A stretch of 54,784 nucleotides of DNA from an uncultured Clostridia bacterium (GTDB taxonomy: Bacteria > Bacillota > Clostridia > Christensenellales > UBA1242): contig CANRGF010000001.1 in NCBI GenBank assembly GCA_947630075.1, positions 1 to 54,784 on the forward strand, read 5' to 3'. The notes under the pieces were generated by a model. That model was not told the origin of the DNA and did no database searches. It saw only the letters and a program-made list of their open reading frames with translations. Positions 17,351-28,165 of this stretch are shown piece after piece (position 1 is the stretch's first letter; each line of letters begins with the position of its first letter). The position numbers were made by a program, and so were the translations under genes.

Positions 17351-17944
17351 TTTGTTGCCTAGCGATAAATAATTGTTTGGGTCAACCGGGTCTCCGTTTA
17401 AGTGAATTTCAAGATGAAGGTGCGCTCCCATTGCTTGTTCTTCTGCCATGCTATCCGATGCCGTGCCAATCAGCTGCCCCGCTGAAACCACATCTCCAAC
17501 TTTAACTTTCACATTTTCGCTGAGTGATTTATATATTGATTCTAGTCCGTTAGAGTGCGATATCACGATAACTGTGCCTTCAAGGTGATTTTTATACACT
17601 TTGCTAACAGTGCCGTTGTGAATTGCTGCCACATTTGCATCTTCCCCAACTAAGAAATCTACTGCCTTGTGAATTTCCCATTGTTTTAGCGAATTATTGA
17701 ATTGAAGTTTTGTGGAAGAATAGTCCTTGCAAACGGTTGCCCCAAACATTGGCACAACATAACTTGACCCGGACACTTCAACCAAATCTTCGCTCCCGCC
17801 AATCTCTTGATTGGTTTTCCCCCTTTGTGTGGAGATTGCGGCAATGATTATCGCACAAGCAAGGATAACTAGGCCGATGATTAACGCATAAATGCAAGTG
17901 TACAGCGTTCTTTTCTTTTGTGGTTGAGAGTTTGTTTTGTTCAT
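17348..17944 (-). CDS. M23-family (LytM-type) metallopeptidase, membrane-anchored
   Basis: An N-terminal TM segment is followed by the LytM motifs HKAVDF and GAHLHLEIHLNGDPVDP. Confidence 0.88.
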   Translation of the reverse strand: MNKTNSQPQKKRTLYTCIYALIIGLVILACAIIIAAISTQRGKTNQEIGGSEDLVEVSGSSYVVPMFGATVCKDYSSTKLQFNNSLKQWEIHKAVDFLVGEDANVAAIHNGTVSKVYKNHLEGTVIVISHSNGLESIYKSLSENVKVKVGDVVSAGQLIGTASDSMAEEQAMGAHLHLEIHLNGDPVDPNNYLSLGNK

Positions 17945-17996
17945 TTATTGCCTCCTAGTGCAATAATTGACAATTTTGCTCTCTTTATTCAAAAAT

Positions 17997-18407
17997 TTAA
18001 AAACTTATTAAAATATTTGGCCAGCCAACTATTGCATACTCATCTAAATCAACAAATTCAAGATTGTGCCCGTCCGCTCTCGCCTGACATTTAATGAGTG
18101 GAGAATAGGCGTAGATAATTGTTGCGTTTGCATCATATTCGGTTTTTATCACTCTTGCTTTCAGTGAATTTAACGCATTTCCTATTTCCAGATTTTTCAC
18201 CACCATACACTCTCCCGCAAGGTCGTTTTTTATTTGGCAGTTATTGATAAAGAGTGTGCCAGAAAACTCACTATTTTGGTTTATGCGCGAAGTGGAATAT
18301 GAATAATATTCCCCGCTAAAATAATTAAGCAAACTAAACCGCTTTTCTATTTTTGCTCCTGCTGCAATTATGCTAAGCAACAATATAACTATAAAAAATT
18401 TTTTCAT
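17997..18407 (-). CDS. Hypothetical secreted protein
   Basis: 136-aa ORF with an N-terminal signal-like segment, MKKFFIVILLLSIIAAGA. Confidence 0.6.
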   Translation of the reverse strand: MKKFFIVILLLSIIAAGAKIEKRFSLLNYFSGEYYSYSTSRINQNSEFSGTLFINNCQIKNDLAGECMVVKNLEIGNALNSLKARVIKTEYDANATIIYAYSPLIKCQARADGHNLEFVDLDEYAIVGWPNILISF

Positions 18408-18445
18408 ATCTTAATTATATGACCAAATTTTAACAAATAAACATT

Positions 18446-19375
18446 TCATCTGCCGAAAATGTTAAATAAATATAAATAGCCGAAAATTCCCGCTTCTTCT
18501 TTGCAAAACTCCCTTAACTTATCTTGCACTTCGCAAATATCATCGCCACTAATTTCCAACATATTAATAATAGGGCTTAACTTTTCAATGGTTAAATCAA
18601 GCAAGTTTTTTAAAGATATAAAATTATATTTTATCGTTTCAAAAAACACATCGTTAAACATGAGCATATAAAATCTATCTATGCTTGAATAATCTTCTTT
18701 AAAAGCCTTATAAATATCCACCATAGTGGCACTTTTTTCTTTAATTGCACAAATTAAAAGTTTAAACGCCGTCAATAATAAATAGTCCACAATAGGCAAA
18801 AGCTCTATACTGATATTCATTTTTTTCAAGATGCGAAAATCTGCAAAAAATAAATTATCATTAAGCAAATTAAGAAGACTATGTTGGTTAATATTTTTTA
18901 AATCAAAATCAAAAGAAATTGCACTTTCTCGATTTAGGCAAACATCGTTTAGATAATTAAAAAATTTATTGAAATAGACGCTAAATAATATGCCCACATC
19001 TATAGCATTATTTTTCAAAAAAACATAGCCATCTTCAACTAATTGATTTTTTTCACTCACAAAAAATGGCAGAATTTGATTGCTCGTGGGAATAAAAATT
19101 TTCACATAGTCTTCACACGAAAAATTCTTTTTTAAAAATGATGCGGCCGAACAAAAAAATATTATTAGCCTATATCCATTATTTAGTTCGTTTGCGTCAA
19201 AGTCTAGCAAGTTTGCTTGGTTGAACACGCAGTCGCCTTTAATTTCATAATAGAGTTTTGAAATTTCAAAACTTGGCACGCTATCATCATAAAGCAAAAA
19301 CACCTTTTGAAATCTTGCTCTTTCTTGAATGATTGATTTTAAATTTTGAAAAAAGTTTTCCTTTATAATCTGCAT
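18446..19375 (-). CDS. Hypothetical protein
   Basis: 309-aa ORF. I recognise no motif. Confidence 0.6.
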   Translation of the reverse strand: MQIIKENFFQNLKSIIQERARFQKVFLLYDDSVPSFEISKLYYEIKGDCVFNQANLLDFDANELNNGYRLIIFFCSAASFLKKNFSCEDYVKIFIPTSNQILPFFVSEKNQLVEDGYVFLKNNAIDVGILFSVYFNKFFNYLNDVCLNRESAISFDFDLKNINQHSLLNLLNDNLFFADFRILKKMNISIELLPIVDYLLLTAFKLLICAIKEKSATMVDIYKAFKEDYSSIDRFYMLMFNDVFFETIKYNFISLKNLLDLTIEKLSPIINMLEISGDDICEVQDKLREFCKEEAGIFGYLYLFNIFGR

Positions 19376-19538
19376 AAATCAATATTAGCATCTTTCAAAT
19401 ATTTTGAATTTTAAAAAATTTGCACATTTTTTGCTTATTTTAATGTTTTAAAAGGATTTTTAAAGAAAATTAATATGAAAAACCCAAATTTTACTTTACA
19501 AAATCATGCAAATTTACTAGAATATAATTGGAGGGAAT

Positions 19539-19772
19539 ATGGAAGAAAAAATTATCTCCTTGATAGCAGAAAAATTAGGGAAGAAAAAAGAGCAAATAAC
19601 TTTAAAAACCAACCTTGTGGAAGATTTGGGTGCAGATAGCCTTGATGTGGTTGAGCTCATTATGGCTTTTGAAGACGAGTTTGGCATTTCCCTGCCAGAT
19701 GAGGATGCTGCAAAAATGAAATGTGTTGGCGATATTGTTAGTTACATAAAAAATTTAAAAGGCAAAAAATAA
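19539..19772 (+). CDS. acpP: Acyl carrier protein
   Basis: 77 aa with the phosphopantetheine attachment motif LGADSLDVVELIMAFEDEFG. RBS is GGAGGGA. Confidence 0.93.
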   Translation: MEEKIISLIAEKLGKKKEQITLKTNLVEDLGADSLDVVELIMAFEDEFGISLPDEDAAKMKCVGDIVSYIKNLKGKK

Positions 19773-19775
19773 AAA

Positions 19776-19799
19776 ACCACCAAATTGGTGGCTTTTTTT
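19776..19799. terminator. Intrinsic terminator (between convergent genes)
   Basis: CCACC (19777-19781) pairs with GGTGG (19787-19791), followed by TTTTTTT. Confidence 0.65.
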
Positions 19800-20382
19800 A
19801 TAGCGTTTTAAGATAATCATAAAGGGCAGTTAAATCGGCTGAAACTTTATAAACTTTAGTGTAGTTATCACTCTTTGGATTTTTATTAACGCCGTCTGTG
19901 TCAAACCATGGCACGATATAAACTGTAACTTCCTCTTCGTTTGATGCAGAAACTTCAAACCATAATCTCTTATAATAATATAATGAACCATTTGCGTCTT
20001 TATAATCTTCCTTGCCATATTTCAAAACTTGAGCCTCGTTATAAACATATTGCACATAATAGCAATTAGATTTTTTAACAATAGTAGTTCGGCTGGCATT
20101 AGAGCTATTCACATCTTCAATCCTTGCTTTATCGAATAGTGCTCCGTCAAACAAGGCAGATAGGCTGCTTCTCTTGCTTGCATTTGAAATCAACTTAACA
20201 ATTTCTTGCTCTTGCTCAGTTGAAGGGTCTGGCATTGAGCCAGAAGGCGTTACAACAATGATATCATCTGGTGCGTTGCACCTAACACTATAATCAACTT
20301 TGACATTTGCCATAACGATTGTTGCCACAATTAATAAGCCAATTAAAACCAAACTGATTGTGGCTATTATTTTTTTTGCCAT
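19798..20382 (-). CDS. Hypothetical membrane-anchored protein
   Basis: 194-aa ORF with RBS AGGAGGAAA and an N-terminal TM segment, IIATISLVLIGLLIVATIVMA. Confidence 0.7.
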   Translation of the reverse strand: MAKKIIATISLVLIGLLIVATIVMANVKVDYSVRCNAPDDIIVVTPSGSMPDPSTEQEQEIVKLISNASKRSSLSALFDGALFDKARIEDVNSSNASRTTIVKKSNCYYVQYVYNEAQVLKYGKEDYKDANGSLYYYKRLWFEVSASNEEEVTVYIVPWFDTDGVNKNPKSDNYTKVYKVSADLTALYDYLKTL

Positions 20383-20443
20383 TATTTCCTCCTAGATTGC
20401 AATTTTGTTTTATTATTTTAACATATTGCGAAAATTAAATCAA

Positions 20444-22717
20444 CTATTTTTTGTCGCTCTCTTTTTTCGTTTTAGGCTTTTCGGCCTTGACCTTATCTTT
20501 TTCTTCTGGCTTTCCTTCGTCCTTTTCTTCCTGCTTCTCACTAGGCTCAGCATTCTCTGCCTGTGCGGTTTGGGATTGCTGCCTAAACTTCTCCATTTCT
20601 TTTTCCGCTTCTAGTTTGATGTTTTCATACACCTGCTTAGAAATCACTCCCGCTCTGGCGTATGCTTCGGCTGTTTCAATTCTTAATTTTATGTCTCTCA
20701 GTTTGCGTTCTTCAATCGCCTCATTTTTTGCCTTTTCTTGATATTCTCTCTTTTCTTGCTCTTTTTTATCGATTGCTTTCTCCACTTCTTCAACGGTTGA
20801 GCCATTATAGAGCATTTCAAATTCTTCTTTATAGATTGTTTCTTTGTCAATCAAAATCTGTTGCACGCGCTCAATCACATCTTTTTTGCTTTCAATAATT
20901 TTTCTTGCGCGAGCGTGAGCACTATCCACAATAGTTCTCACTTCTGCATCAATTTCTTTTGCAAGTTCTTGACTATATGGCACTTGGCGTTGATAATCTC
21001 TGCCAACGAAAATTTCGCCACCTTCACCAAAACTAATAAGTCCAAACTTCTCGCTCATGCCCCATTCTGCCACCATTTTGCGAGCAACTGATGTGGCACG
21101 CTCAATGTCGTTAGACGCACCTGTGGTGATGTCCTCAAGCATAACTTCTTCTGCCGACCTTCCGCCCAACATCATGGTGATTGTGTCCAACAATTTTTGC
21201 TTGGTCATGTGAGTGCGGTCCTTCTCATCGAAGGTGAGTGTGTAACCCCCAGCGTTGCCACGAGGGATAATTGATATTTCTTGCACATTGTCGCAATTTG
21301 GCAGGGTTTGTGCCACAATTGCGTGCCCAGCCTCATGGATTGCCGTGATTTTCCTATCTTGCTCAGTGATAATACGGGAAACCTTCTTAGGGCCCATAAG
21401 CACTTTATTTAGACCCTCTTGGATATCCACCATCGTGATTTTATATCTGCCATCACGTGCGGCTAGCAAAGCGGCTTCGTTTAAGATATTTTCAATGTCC
21501 GCACCTGCAAGTCCGCTTGTGAGCCTTGCAATACGCTTAAAGTCCACATCCTCGCTCATTGGCTTATTTTTAGCGTGAACTTTGATGATTTCTTCTCTGC
21601 CCTTAACATCTGGCAAATGAACATAAACCTGCCTATCAAATCTGCCCGGACGGGTGAGTGCTGGGTCTAGAATGTCTGCCCTGTTGGTTGCTGCCAACAC
21701 AATTATTCCGCTATTGGTTTCAAAGCCATCCATCTCAACAAGCAACTGATTAAGAGTTTGCTCTCGCTCATCATTTCCGCCACCAAGACCGGCTCCGCGT
21801 TGCCTACCAACAGCGTCTATTTCATCAATAAACACTATGCAAGGGGCACTTGCCTTTGCGCTTTCAAACAAATCTCTCACGCGGCTTGCACCAACGCCCA
21901 CATATAATTCAACGAAATCGCTGCCCGAAATACTGAAGAATGGCACTTTGCTTTCGCCTGCAACGGCTTTTGCAAGCAGTGTTTTACCCGTGCCCGGAGG
22001 CCCGACCAACAAAACACCCTTAGGAATTCTTGCTCCCAACTCGGTGAACCTTGCTGGATTTTTTAAGAATTCAACAATTTCTTTCAACTCTTGCTTTTCT
22101 TCGTCTGCACCTGCCACATCGCTAAACTTAACATTAGATGAAACAACCAACCTTGCCTTAGATTTGCCAAAGCCAAAGCCGTTTTTGTTGCCTGCCATTG
22201 CTTTGAATAGGAAGATTCCAATAATAATGATAAGTCCAACACTCAAATAAGGCATTATGCTAGAAAGCCAACTCTCTTGCTCATACTGATAGTTTGCATT
22301 CACATATCCAATGCCCGATTTAACGTGTGTGTAATTCCCTTCGCTATCTTTATCCCAATATTTCTCTTTAATTTCTTCTAGAGTTTCAGGGTCTGACGCC
22401 TGCACAAATTTTGCATTGTGTGTGGTGATAAACTCCTCTAAACTTGTGGTGCTCATAAATGTGCAATAAGCATCCATCTTGTTTGGAAAATCTTCACCCT
22501 TCACATCGCTGCCGGCTAGCCTTATGCGGATTGTGTAGCCATACACATCAATTTCTTCCACCTTATCTTCATTCACCAACTGTTGAAATTCAGTGTAGGA
22601 AATGCGAGTTGCCGACCTGCTATTTGAAGTTGCCCAAAATATTATTAAACCTATTAATAGGAAAATTAATAGGTAGAATACTATCGACTTCCAGATGTTA
22701 TTTTTTTGTTTTTCCAT
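20444..22717 (-). CDS. ftsH: ATP-dependent zinc metalloprotease FtsH with a long Lys/Glu-rich C-terminal extension
   Basis: AAA+ Walker A is GPPGTGKT and Walker B is IVFIDEID. The SRH region and the zinc motif HEAGHAI are present. I prefer the ATG at 22717 after GAGGTG over the track start at 22765. Confidence 0.95.
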   Translation of the reverse strand: MEKQKNNIWKSIVFYLLIFLLIGLIIFWATSNSRSATRISYTEFQQLVNEDKVEEIDVYGYTIRIRLAGSDVKGEDFPNKMDAYCTFMSTTSLEEFITTHNAKFVQASDPETLEEIKEKYWDKDSEGNYTHVKSGIGYVNANYQYEQESWLSSIMPYLSVGLIIIIGIFLFKAMAGNKNGFGFGKSKARLVVSSNVKFSDVAGADEEKQELKEIVEFLKNPARFTELGARIPKGVLLVGPPGTGKTLLAKAVAGESKVPFFSISGSDFVELYVGVGASRVRDLFESAKASAPCIVFIDEIDAVGRQRGAGLGGGNDEREQTLNQLLVEMDGFETNSGIIVLAATNRADILDPALTRPGRFDRQVYVHLPDVKGREEIIKVHAKNKPMSEDVDFKRIARLTSGLAGADIENILNEAALLAARDGRYKITMVDIQEGLNKVLMGPKKVSRIITEQDRKITAIHEAGHAIVAQTLPNCDNVQEISIIPRGNAGGYTLTFDEKDRTHMTKQKLLDTITMMLGGRSAEEVMLEDITTGASNDIERATSVARKMVAEWGMSEKFGLISFGEGGEIFVGRDYQRQVPYSQELAKEIDAEVRTIVDSAHARARKIIESKKDVIERVQQILIDKETIYKEEFEMLYNGSTVEEVEKAIDKKEQEKREYQEKAKNEAIEERKLRDIKLRIETAEAYARAGVISKQVYENIKLEAEKEMEKFRQQSQTAQAENAEPSEKQEEKDEGKPEEKDKVKAEKPKTKKESDKK

Positions 22718-22867
22718 ATTCACCTCATATTTGTTTATTATAACACATATTAAAATTATTAACAAATAATTTCAACTATTTTAAGGATATTTTACGAATA
22801 TTTAGCTTTTATTAAAATAAGTCAAAATTCGCAAATTTTTAGTTTTTCATAAAGCGTTGAAAATGAG

Positions 22868-22896
22868 TTTACAAAAATTTTTGCTTATGTTAAAAT
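22868..22896 (+). promoter_or_regulatory. Promoter for cvpA-tyrS
   Basis: TTTACA (22868-22873), a 17-nt spacer, then TAAAAT (22891-22896). Confidence 0.5.
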
Positions 22897-22912
22897 TGAG
22901 AAAGGAGTTTTT

Positions 22913-23689
22913 ATGTTGACAACCATTGGATTGATTTTGGATATAGTGGTTCTATGCGTCATCGTCATTGCAGGCATTCTAGGCTTTAGAAAAGGGTTTT
23001 TAAAAACAATCCTTGGGTTCTTTAGTTGGTTTGTTTGCATTTTGATTGCGATTTTCTTGGCAAAATATGTGGCAAAACTCTTAAACGGCATTCACGATTT
23101 TGCCGGGCTCATTGGCAGAAACTTAGCAAAGAATTTTGCAAAGCAGGGCAACTATTTCACAAAGCCAATAAACGAGTTTGGTTTTGCCGATAAGGCTGAG
23201 TTTATTTTAGCAATTCCAGAGGGCACAAACAAAATCTTATCGCAATTAATTAAAGTGGTGGTTGGCAGCTCGAAATTCGATTTAAACAGCACAGACACTA
23301 TGGCTAATGTGGTGGGAAACGGCATTGGAAGCATTGTTATGGTGATTATCGCTGGCGTGCTGGTGTTTATCGTGCTGAGAATTGTTGTGGCTCTATTATC
23401 TAAGATTTTTGATAAAATTTCAAAGACTGTGGTCCTTGGCGGGCTGGACAAAATTTTGGGAGCAGTGTTTGCCGTGCTTAGAGTGGCAGCGGTGATATTC
23501 ATGCTAAGTTTGGTGGTTGTGGTTTTGTCGTTACTTCCATTTGTGAACAGAACGATCACTCCGCTCATTCAAGAAAACACATTCTTTGTGAAATTGATTT
23601 ATAATTTAACAAACAAATTTGTGAGCAAATTTATTATTGAAGGCAAAATGATTCAAGGTTGGATAACAACACTTTGGATTAATAGGTAG
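22913..23689 (+). CDS. CvpA-family membrane protein
   Basis: The N-terminal pattern LDIVVLCVIVIAGILGFRKGFLKTILGFFSWFV is typical of CvpA. The protein has multiple TM helices. Confidence 0.8.
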   Translation: MLTTIGLILDIVVLCVIVIAGILGFRKGFLKTILGFFSWFVCILIAIFLAKYVAKLLNGIHDFAGLIGRNLAKNFAKQGNYFTKPINEFGFADKAEFILAIPEGTNKILSQLIKVVVGSSKFDLNSTDTMANVVGNGIGSIVMVIIAGVLVFIVLRIVVALLSKIFDKISKTVVLGGLDKILGAVFAVLRVAAVIFMLSLVVVVLSLLPFVNRTITPLIQENTFFVKLIYNLTNKFVSKFIIEGKMIQGWITTLWINR

Positions 23690-23693
23690 GAAT

Positions 23694-24923
23694 ATGGGAT
23701 TATTTGAAACGCTTAAAGAGAGAAATTTAATTTATCAGTCCACGGACGAAGAAGCGCTTAAAAAACTATTAAATGGTGGCAAAATAACCGTTTATAGCGG
23801 CACAGATCCAACAGCAGATAGTTTGCACATTGGGCATTGCGTGCCATGCACAATTTTAAGAAGATTTCAGCAGGCTGGGCATAAAGTTATTGTGCTAGTT
23901 GGTGGAGCAACCGCTCAGATTGGCGACCCTAGCGGGAAAACGGATATGCGCCCAATGCTTTCTAAGCAACAACTAGAAAAAAACATTGAAGGAATAAAAA
24001 AGGGATATTCCAAGTTTTTGCGTTTTGATGGCGACAATCCTGCCATAATAGTCAATAACGCAGATTGGTATAATGGATACGACTATGTGAATTTCATGCG
24101 CGATGTGGGCGTGCATTTTAATGTGAACAAGATGATAACAAACGAAATTTACGCAAATCGCATGGCAGAAGGCGGGTTAACATTCTTTGAAATGGGCTAT
24201 ATGCTAATGCAAGCTTATGATTTCTTATATCTAAACAAAAAATATGGCTGCAATGTGCAATATGGTGGCGCTGACCAGTGGGGCAACATTGTGGCAGGTG
24301 CAGAACTAGGCAGGAAAATGAATTTCTTGGATGGGAAAAATCGCACAATGATAGGCGTAACTCACCCACTCTTGCTCACTCCAGAAGGCAAGAAAATGGG
24401 CAAAACGGAAAAGGGTGCAATTTGGATTGACGAGAGCAAAATTTCCGCTTACGATTTCTATCAGGGGATTTATCAAACGCCAGACGCTTGCGTTGAGATG
24501 ATGTTTGCCCTATTCACCGACCTTCCTATGAAAGAGGTGAAAGATATGATTGCAAAAGACATTGTGGCAAGCAAAAAAAGGCTGGCTTTTGAAATTACAA
24601 AATTCATTCGAGGCGAAAAAGATGCAGTTGAGGCAGAAAACATGAGCAAAAATCTTTTTTCATCCAATCAAATTGACAAAACCAATGCTCCAACCGTTGA
24701 ATTGACTGTGAACGAAAGTGAAATTGGGCTTTTAGACTTGCTTGTGGCAGCAAAATTTGTGGCATCAAAGGGTGAGGCAAGGCGTTTGATTGAGCAAAAT
24801 GGCATTTCGTGCGAAGGCGAAGTGGTGGCAGATGCTACTATGAAATTCAAAAAGGCAGAGCTCAAAGATGGCAAACTATTTAAAAAGGGCAAGAAAAATT
24901 ATCTATTGATAAAAACAAAATAA
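23694..24923 (+). CDS. tyrS: Tyrosine--tRNA ligase
   Basis: Class I motifs HIGH (LHIGHCVP) and KMSKS (KMGKT) are present, along with a C-terminal S4-like domain. Confidence 0.95.
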   Translation: MGLFETLKERNLIYQSTDEEALKKLLNGGKITVYSGTDPTADSLHIGHCVPCTILRRFQQAGHKVIVLVGGATAQIGDPSGKTDMRPMLSKQQLEKNIEGIKKGYSKFLRFDGDNPAIIVNNADWYNGYDYVNFMRDVGVHFNVNKMITNEIYANRMAEGGLTFFEMGYMLMQAYDFLYLNKKYGCNVQYGGADQWGNIVAGAELGRKMNFLDGKNRTMIGVTHPLLLTPEGKKMGKTEKGAIWIDESKISAYDFYQGIYQTPDACVEMMFALFTDLPMKEVKDMIAKDIVASKKRLAFEITKFIRGEKDAVEAENMSKNLFSSNQIDKTNAPTVELTVNESEIGLLDLLVAAKFVASKGEARRLIEQNGISCEGEVVADATMKFKKAELKDGKLFKKGKKNYLLIKTK

Positions 24924-24947
24924 AAAGGCTTTTTGCCTTTTTATTTT
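24922..24947. terminator. Bidirectional intrinsic terminator
   Basis: AAAGGC (24924-24929) pairs with GCCTTT (24935-24940), flanked by A-runs and T-runs. Confidence 0.65.
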
Positions 24948-25450
24948 GTTTCTGTTGCCCTGCTGAGTTCCATTAATTCCAACATCAATTTTTGCGGGTT
25001 TTCTTTTAGGAAATATAGTGAAATTTTGTTGTTCAATTCATCATTTAAAAATATTGTGAGAGTGCAAGTGCCGTGCCTGAAAATTCTATCTGGAAAACTG
25101 GTGCGGATTTTTATTTTTTTTATTTGATTATATTGCACCACCATATTGTCCAACCAAAGAGAATTTAGTGCCACACAATTTGAATATAAAGAAAATTTAT
25201 AAGTTTTGCTAGTGTGGAAAAATGTGTGAATGCTTTTACAAAGACAAAATGCCACAATCAAACAGTCGAGCACCCAAACGAACCAGAAATTAATCCAAAT
25301 TGCAAGCATAATTGCAGAGTAAGTTAAAAAGCAGTTCAACAAAATGAGTGAAACACCCATTATGCCCATATTCAAACTTTTATCTATCTTCAAATCTCTA
25401 ATTTTTTCGCCCTTATCAAACTCTGGCTGTTTTGCTTTTTTCACACTCAC
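24941..25450 (-). CDS. Hypothetical membrane protein (two TM helices plus a small C-terminal domain)
   Basis: 169-aa ORF starting 2 nt after the ychF stop, so translational coupling is likely. Confidence 0.65.
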   Translation of the reverse strand: MSVKKAKQPEFDKGEKIRDLKIDKSLNMGIMGVSLILLNCFLTYSAIMLAIWINFWFVWVLDCLIVAFCLCKSIHTFFHTSKTYKFSLYSNCVALNSLWLDNMVVQYNQIKKIKIRTSFPDRIFRHGTCTLTIFLNDELNNKISLYFLKENPQKLMLELMELSRATETK

Positions 25451-25452
25451 CT

Positions 25453-26547
25453 CTACACATTAAATTTAAACACGATTATATCACCATCTTGCACCACATA
25501 ATCTTTGCCTGCCGAGATAATTTTGCCCTTCTCTTTGCAAGCATTATAGTCACCAAGAGTGATTAAATCTGCATATTTCACCACATCTGCGCGGATAAAG
25601 CCACGCTCAAAGTCGGTGTGAATTTTGCCCGCTGCCTGTGGAGCAAGTGTGCCACGGCGGATTGTCCAAGCGTGGACCTCTTTTTCGCCTGCCGTGATAA
25701 AACTGATTAACCCCAATAAGTGATAACTTGCCACAATCAATTTGTCTAGCCCAGAGTGGTCTATGCCCAGCTCTTGCATAAACATTTCTCTATCTTCTGC
25801 CGGCATATTGATTAACTCTTCCTCAGTCTTTGCACAGAGCGAAATCACTTCAGCGTTTTCACTCGCTGCAATCTCTTTAATTTTTTTGATGCCTTCAAGT
25901 TGAAATTCGTCTAATTCATCGCTCGTGTTTGCCACATATATTATTGGCTTGGAGGTGATTAGAAAAAATCCGTCAACAATCTTCTTCTCTTCCGCATCGC
26001 ACTTTAATAAGCGCGCTGGCTTTTCATTCTTTAAAAGGTCGAGAATTTTATTTAATAGGTCATATTCTTTTTGCGTCTGCAAATCTGCCGCACCGCCATG
26101 CACCTGCTTTTTAATTTTGTCTAGCCTTTTTGTGGCGCTATCAATATCTGCCAAAATCAGCTCTAAATTGATTGTTTGAATATCTCTAATTGGGTCCACA
26201 CTGCCATCAACATGAATAATTTTGTCATTTTTAAAAACGCGCACAACATGCACAATCGCATCAACTTCTTTGATATGGCTTAAAAACTTGTTGCCAAGCC
26301 CTGCGCCTTCGCTTGCGCCCTTCACTAGCCCGGCAATGTCCACAAACTCAATCTGCGCTGGAATAATTTTATTTGTGTGATAAAGTGCTGCCAATTTATC
26401 TAGCCTTTCATCTGCCACATCAACCACACCCACATTTGGCTCTATCGTGCAAAAAGGATAGTTGGCGCTCTCTGCCCCAGCCTTTGTGATTGCATTAAAT
26501 AAGGTGCTTTTGCCCACATTGGGTAGCCCCACCACGCCTAGTTTCAT
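25453..26547 (-). CDS. ychF: Redox-regulated ATPase YchF
   Basis: N-terminus is MKLGVVGLPNVGKSTLFNAIT, with a C-terminal TGS-like domain. 364 aa. Confidence 0.95.
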   Translation of the reverse strand: MKLGVVGLPNVGKSTLFNAITKAGAESANYPFCTIEPNVGVVDVADERLDKLAALYHTNKIIPAQIEFVDIAGLVKGASEGAGLGNKFLSHIKEVDAIVHVVRVFKNDKIIHVDGSVDPIRDIQTINLELILADIDSATKRLDKIKKQVHGGAADLQTQKEYDLLNKILDLLKNEKPARLLKCDAEEKKIVDGFFLITSKPIIYVANTSDELDEFQLEGIKKIKEIAASENAEVISLCAKTEEELINMPAEDREMFMQELGIDHSGLDKLIVASYHLLGLISFITAGEKEVHAWTIRRGTLAPQAAGKIHTDFERGFIRADVVKYADLITLGDYNACKEKGKIISAGKDYVVQDGDIIVFKFNV

Positions 26548-26750
26548 TTTAATCTCCGTTCTGTTAGATATTCATCATAATATTGTTTTGTTTGGTTTCT
26601 TTAATATTGCAAACTTTTTTATATTTTCTTTCAATTCTTGCTTTTAAATTCATGCAACAGCCTTATTTTACACCAAAACAAAAAAATTTTCAAGTGTTTT
26701 TAATTAAATGGATTGGTGTTAAATTTCAACTATTAAAAATATAATATAGC

Positions 26751-27548
26751 GTGAACATTTTTAAATATATTTTTATTGGCTTCATTCAAGGAATAACTGA
26801 ATTTTTGCCAATTTCGTCTAGCGGGCACATTGTACTGTTTGGCTCGCTTTTTGAACTAGACAATCTGCTATTAATAAGTGTGGTGGCACATATTGGCACA
26901 TTATTTGCCGTTATTTTTTGCTATCGCAAGCGAATAGGCGAGCTTTTCTCTCAGTTTGGGCGAAATGTGGGCAGCATTATAAAGCGCAGAAAATTAAGCC
27001 CGAATGCCGACCGCAACACATATCTAAATTTAATTTTTGCCACCATTCCAACCATTATTATGGTGCTGCTTTTCCACTCATTTTTTGAAGAGAGTTTTGC
27101 CACGAGCTCGCTCATTTGGGGGTTTTTAGTTTCCGCCGTGTTGCTGCTCGTTGCAGATTTTAAGTGCGGTGGAAACAAACCGATAAGCAAAAAAACTGCA
27201 CTCTATATGGGAGTGGCACAGGGACTTGCACTTTTGCCTGGCATTTCGCGCAGTGGCTCAACGCTAGTGTGCGGACTGCTTGTTGGTGGCGAGAAAAAAG
27301 AGGTGCTAGATTTCAGTTTTTTGATGAGCATTCCAATTATTATTGCGAGTGCGGTGTGGGAAACAATCGGTTTATTTGGTGCACAAATCACAATAAATTG
27401 GCTTGGTATTTTCATAGTGATGATAACTTCTTTTATATTCGGCATATTGTCTATCAAAATCATGCTTAAAATTGTGAATAAAAATAGGCTATTTGTTTTC
27501 TCAATTTATCTAATTGCGCTCAGCCTAATTATTTTGCTGTTTTTGTAA
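26751..27548 (+). CDS. uppP: Undecaprenyl-diphosphate phosphatase
   Basis: Contains the ITEFLPISSSGH motif and LPGISRSGST, in a polytopic protein. The start codon is GTG. Confidence 0.92.
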   Translation: MNIFKYIFIGFIQGITEFLPISSSGHIVLFGSLFELDNLLLISVVAHIGTLFAVIFCYRKRIGELFSQFGRNVGSIIKRRKLSPNADRNTYLNLIFATIPTIIMVLLFHSFFEESFATSSLIWGFLVSAVLLLVADFKCGGNKPISKKTALYMGVAQGLALLPGISRSGSTLVCGLLVGGEKKEVLDFSFLMSIPIIIASAVWETIGLFGAQITINWLGIFIVMITSFIFGILSIKIMLKIVNKNRLFVFSIYLIALSLIILLFL

Positions 27549-27556
27549 ATTAATTA

Positions 27557-28081
27557 TCATAATGAAAAATTCAAATTATCAAAAACAACTCCGTCTTTTT
27601 GCCTAGCGTCTTTTTCAACCGACACCAATTTAAAGCCAAGTTTGGACGCCAAATTTATGCTGGCATCATTTCCTCTCCAAATGTTGATATTAATATTTTC
27701 AACACCGCAACTCTTTAAATAATCCACGACCGCTTGGCATGCCTCAAAAGCCAAGCCTTTTCCGCGATAATATTTATGGATTGCCCAACTTAATCTGCAA
27801 GATTTTTCGTCAACAATGCTAACAGTTATTTTGCCAATAACTTTATGATTTTCTTTAAATTCCACCGCAAACGGCAAGGCTTTTAATGGCTCGGCCAAAG
27901 ATAGGCTAATAAATCTATTTAACGATTCAATATATTCCTCTTTTGAGTTTTTAATGCCCGATGGCTGAAAATTATACATTGTGGGGTCGGATTGAAATTC
28001 AATAAAATCCTCCAAATCTTCTAATGCAAACTTTCGCAAAACTAATCTATCCGTTTCAATATTTTTAAATTTCATTTTCAT
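27557..28081 (-). CDS. GNAT-family N-acetyltransferase (RimJ/RimL-like)
   Basis: The ETDRLVLRKFALEDLEDF N-terminal signature and RGKGLAFEA acetyl-CoA motif are present. I prefer the ATG at 28081, since the track start at 28144 is TTG. Confidence 0.85.
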   Translation of the reverse strand: MKMKFKNIETDRLVLRKFALEDLEDFIEFQSDPTMYNFQPSGIKNSKEEYIESLNRFISLSLAEPLKALPFAVEFKENHKVIGKITVSIVDEKSCRLSWAIHKYYRGKGLAFEACQAVVDYLKSCGVENININIWRGNDASINLASKLGFKLVSVEKDARQKDGVVFDNLNFSL

Positions 28082-28088
28082 ATTCTTT

Positions 28089-28117
28089 AGTATAACATAA
28101 AATTTTAAAAATTGCAA
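28089..28117 (-). promoter_or_regulatory. Promoter of the GNAT gene (leaderless configuration)
   Basis: On the minus strand, TTGCAA (28112-28117), a 17-nt spacer, then TGTTATACT (TATACT = 28089-28094). ATG follows 7 nt downstream. Confidence 0.55.
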
Positions 28118-28165
28118 TAAAAAAAATTGGGCTTGCACCCGCAAAAGCCCAATTAAACAACTCTC

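Noticed and set aside
23600-23700. T-box leaders upstream of the aminoacyl-tRNA synthetase genes (tyrS 23694, gltX 32934, argS 49751)
   Set aside because: tyrS and gltX start 4-8 nt after the preceding gene, and argS has its -10 box 6 nt from the ATG. There is no room for a ~200-nt T-box leader.
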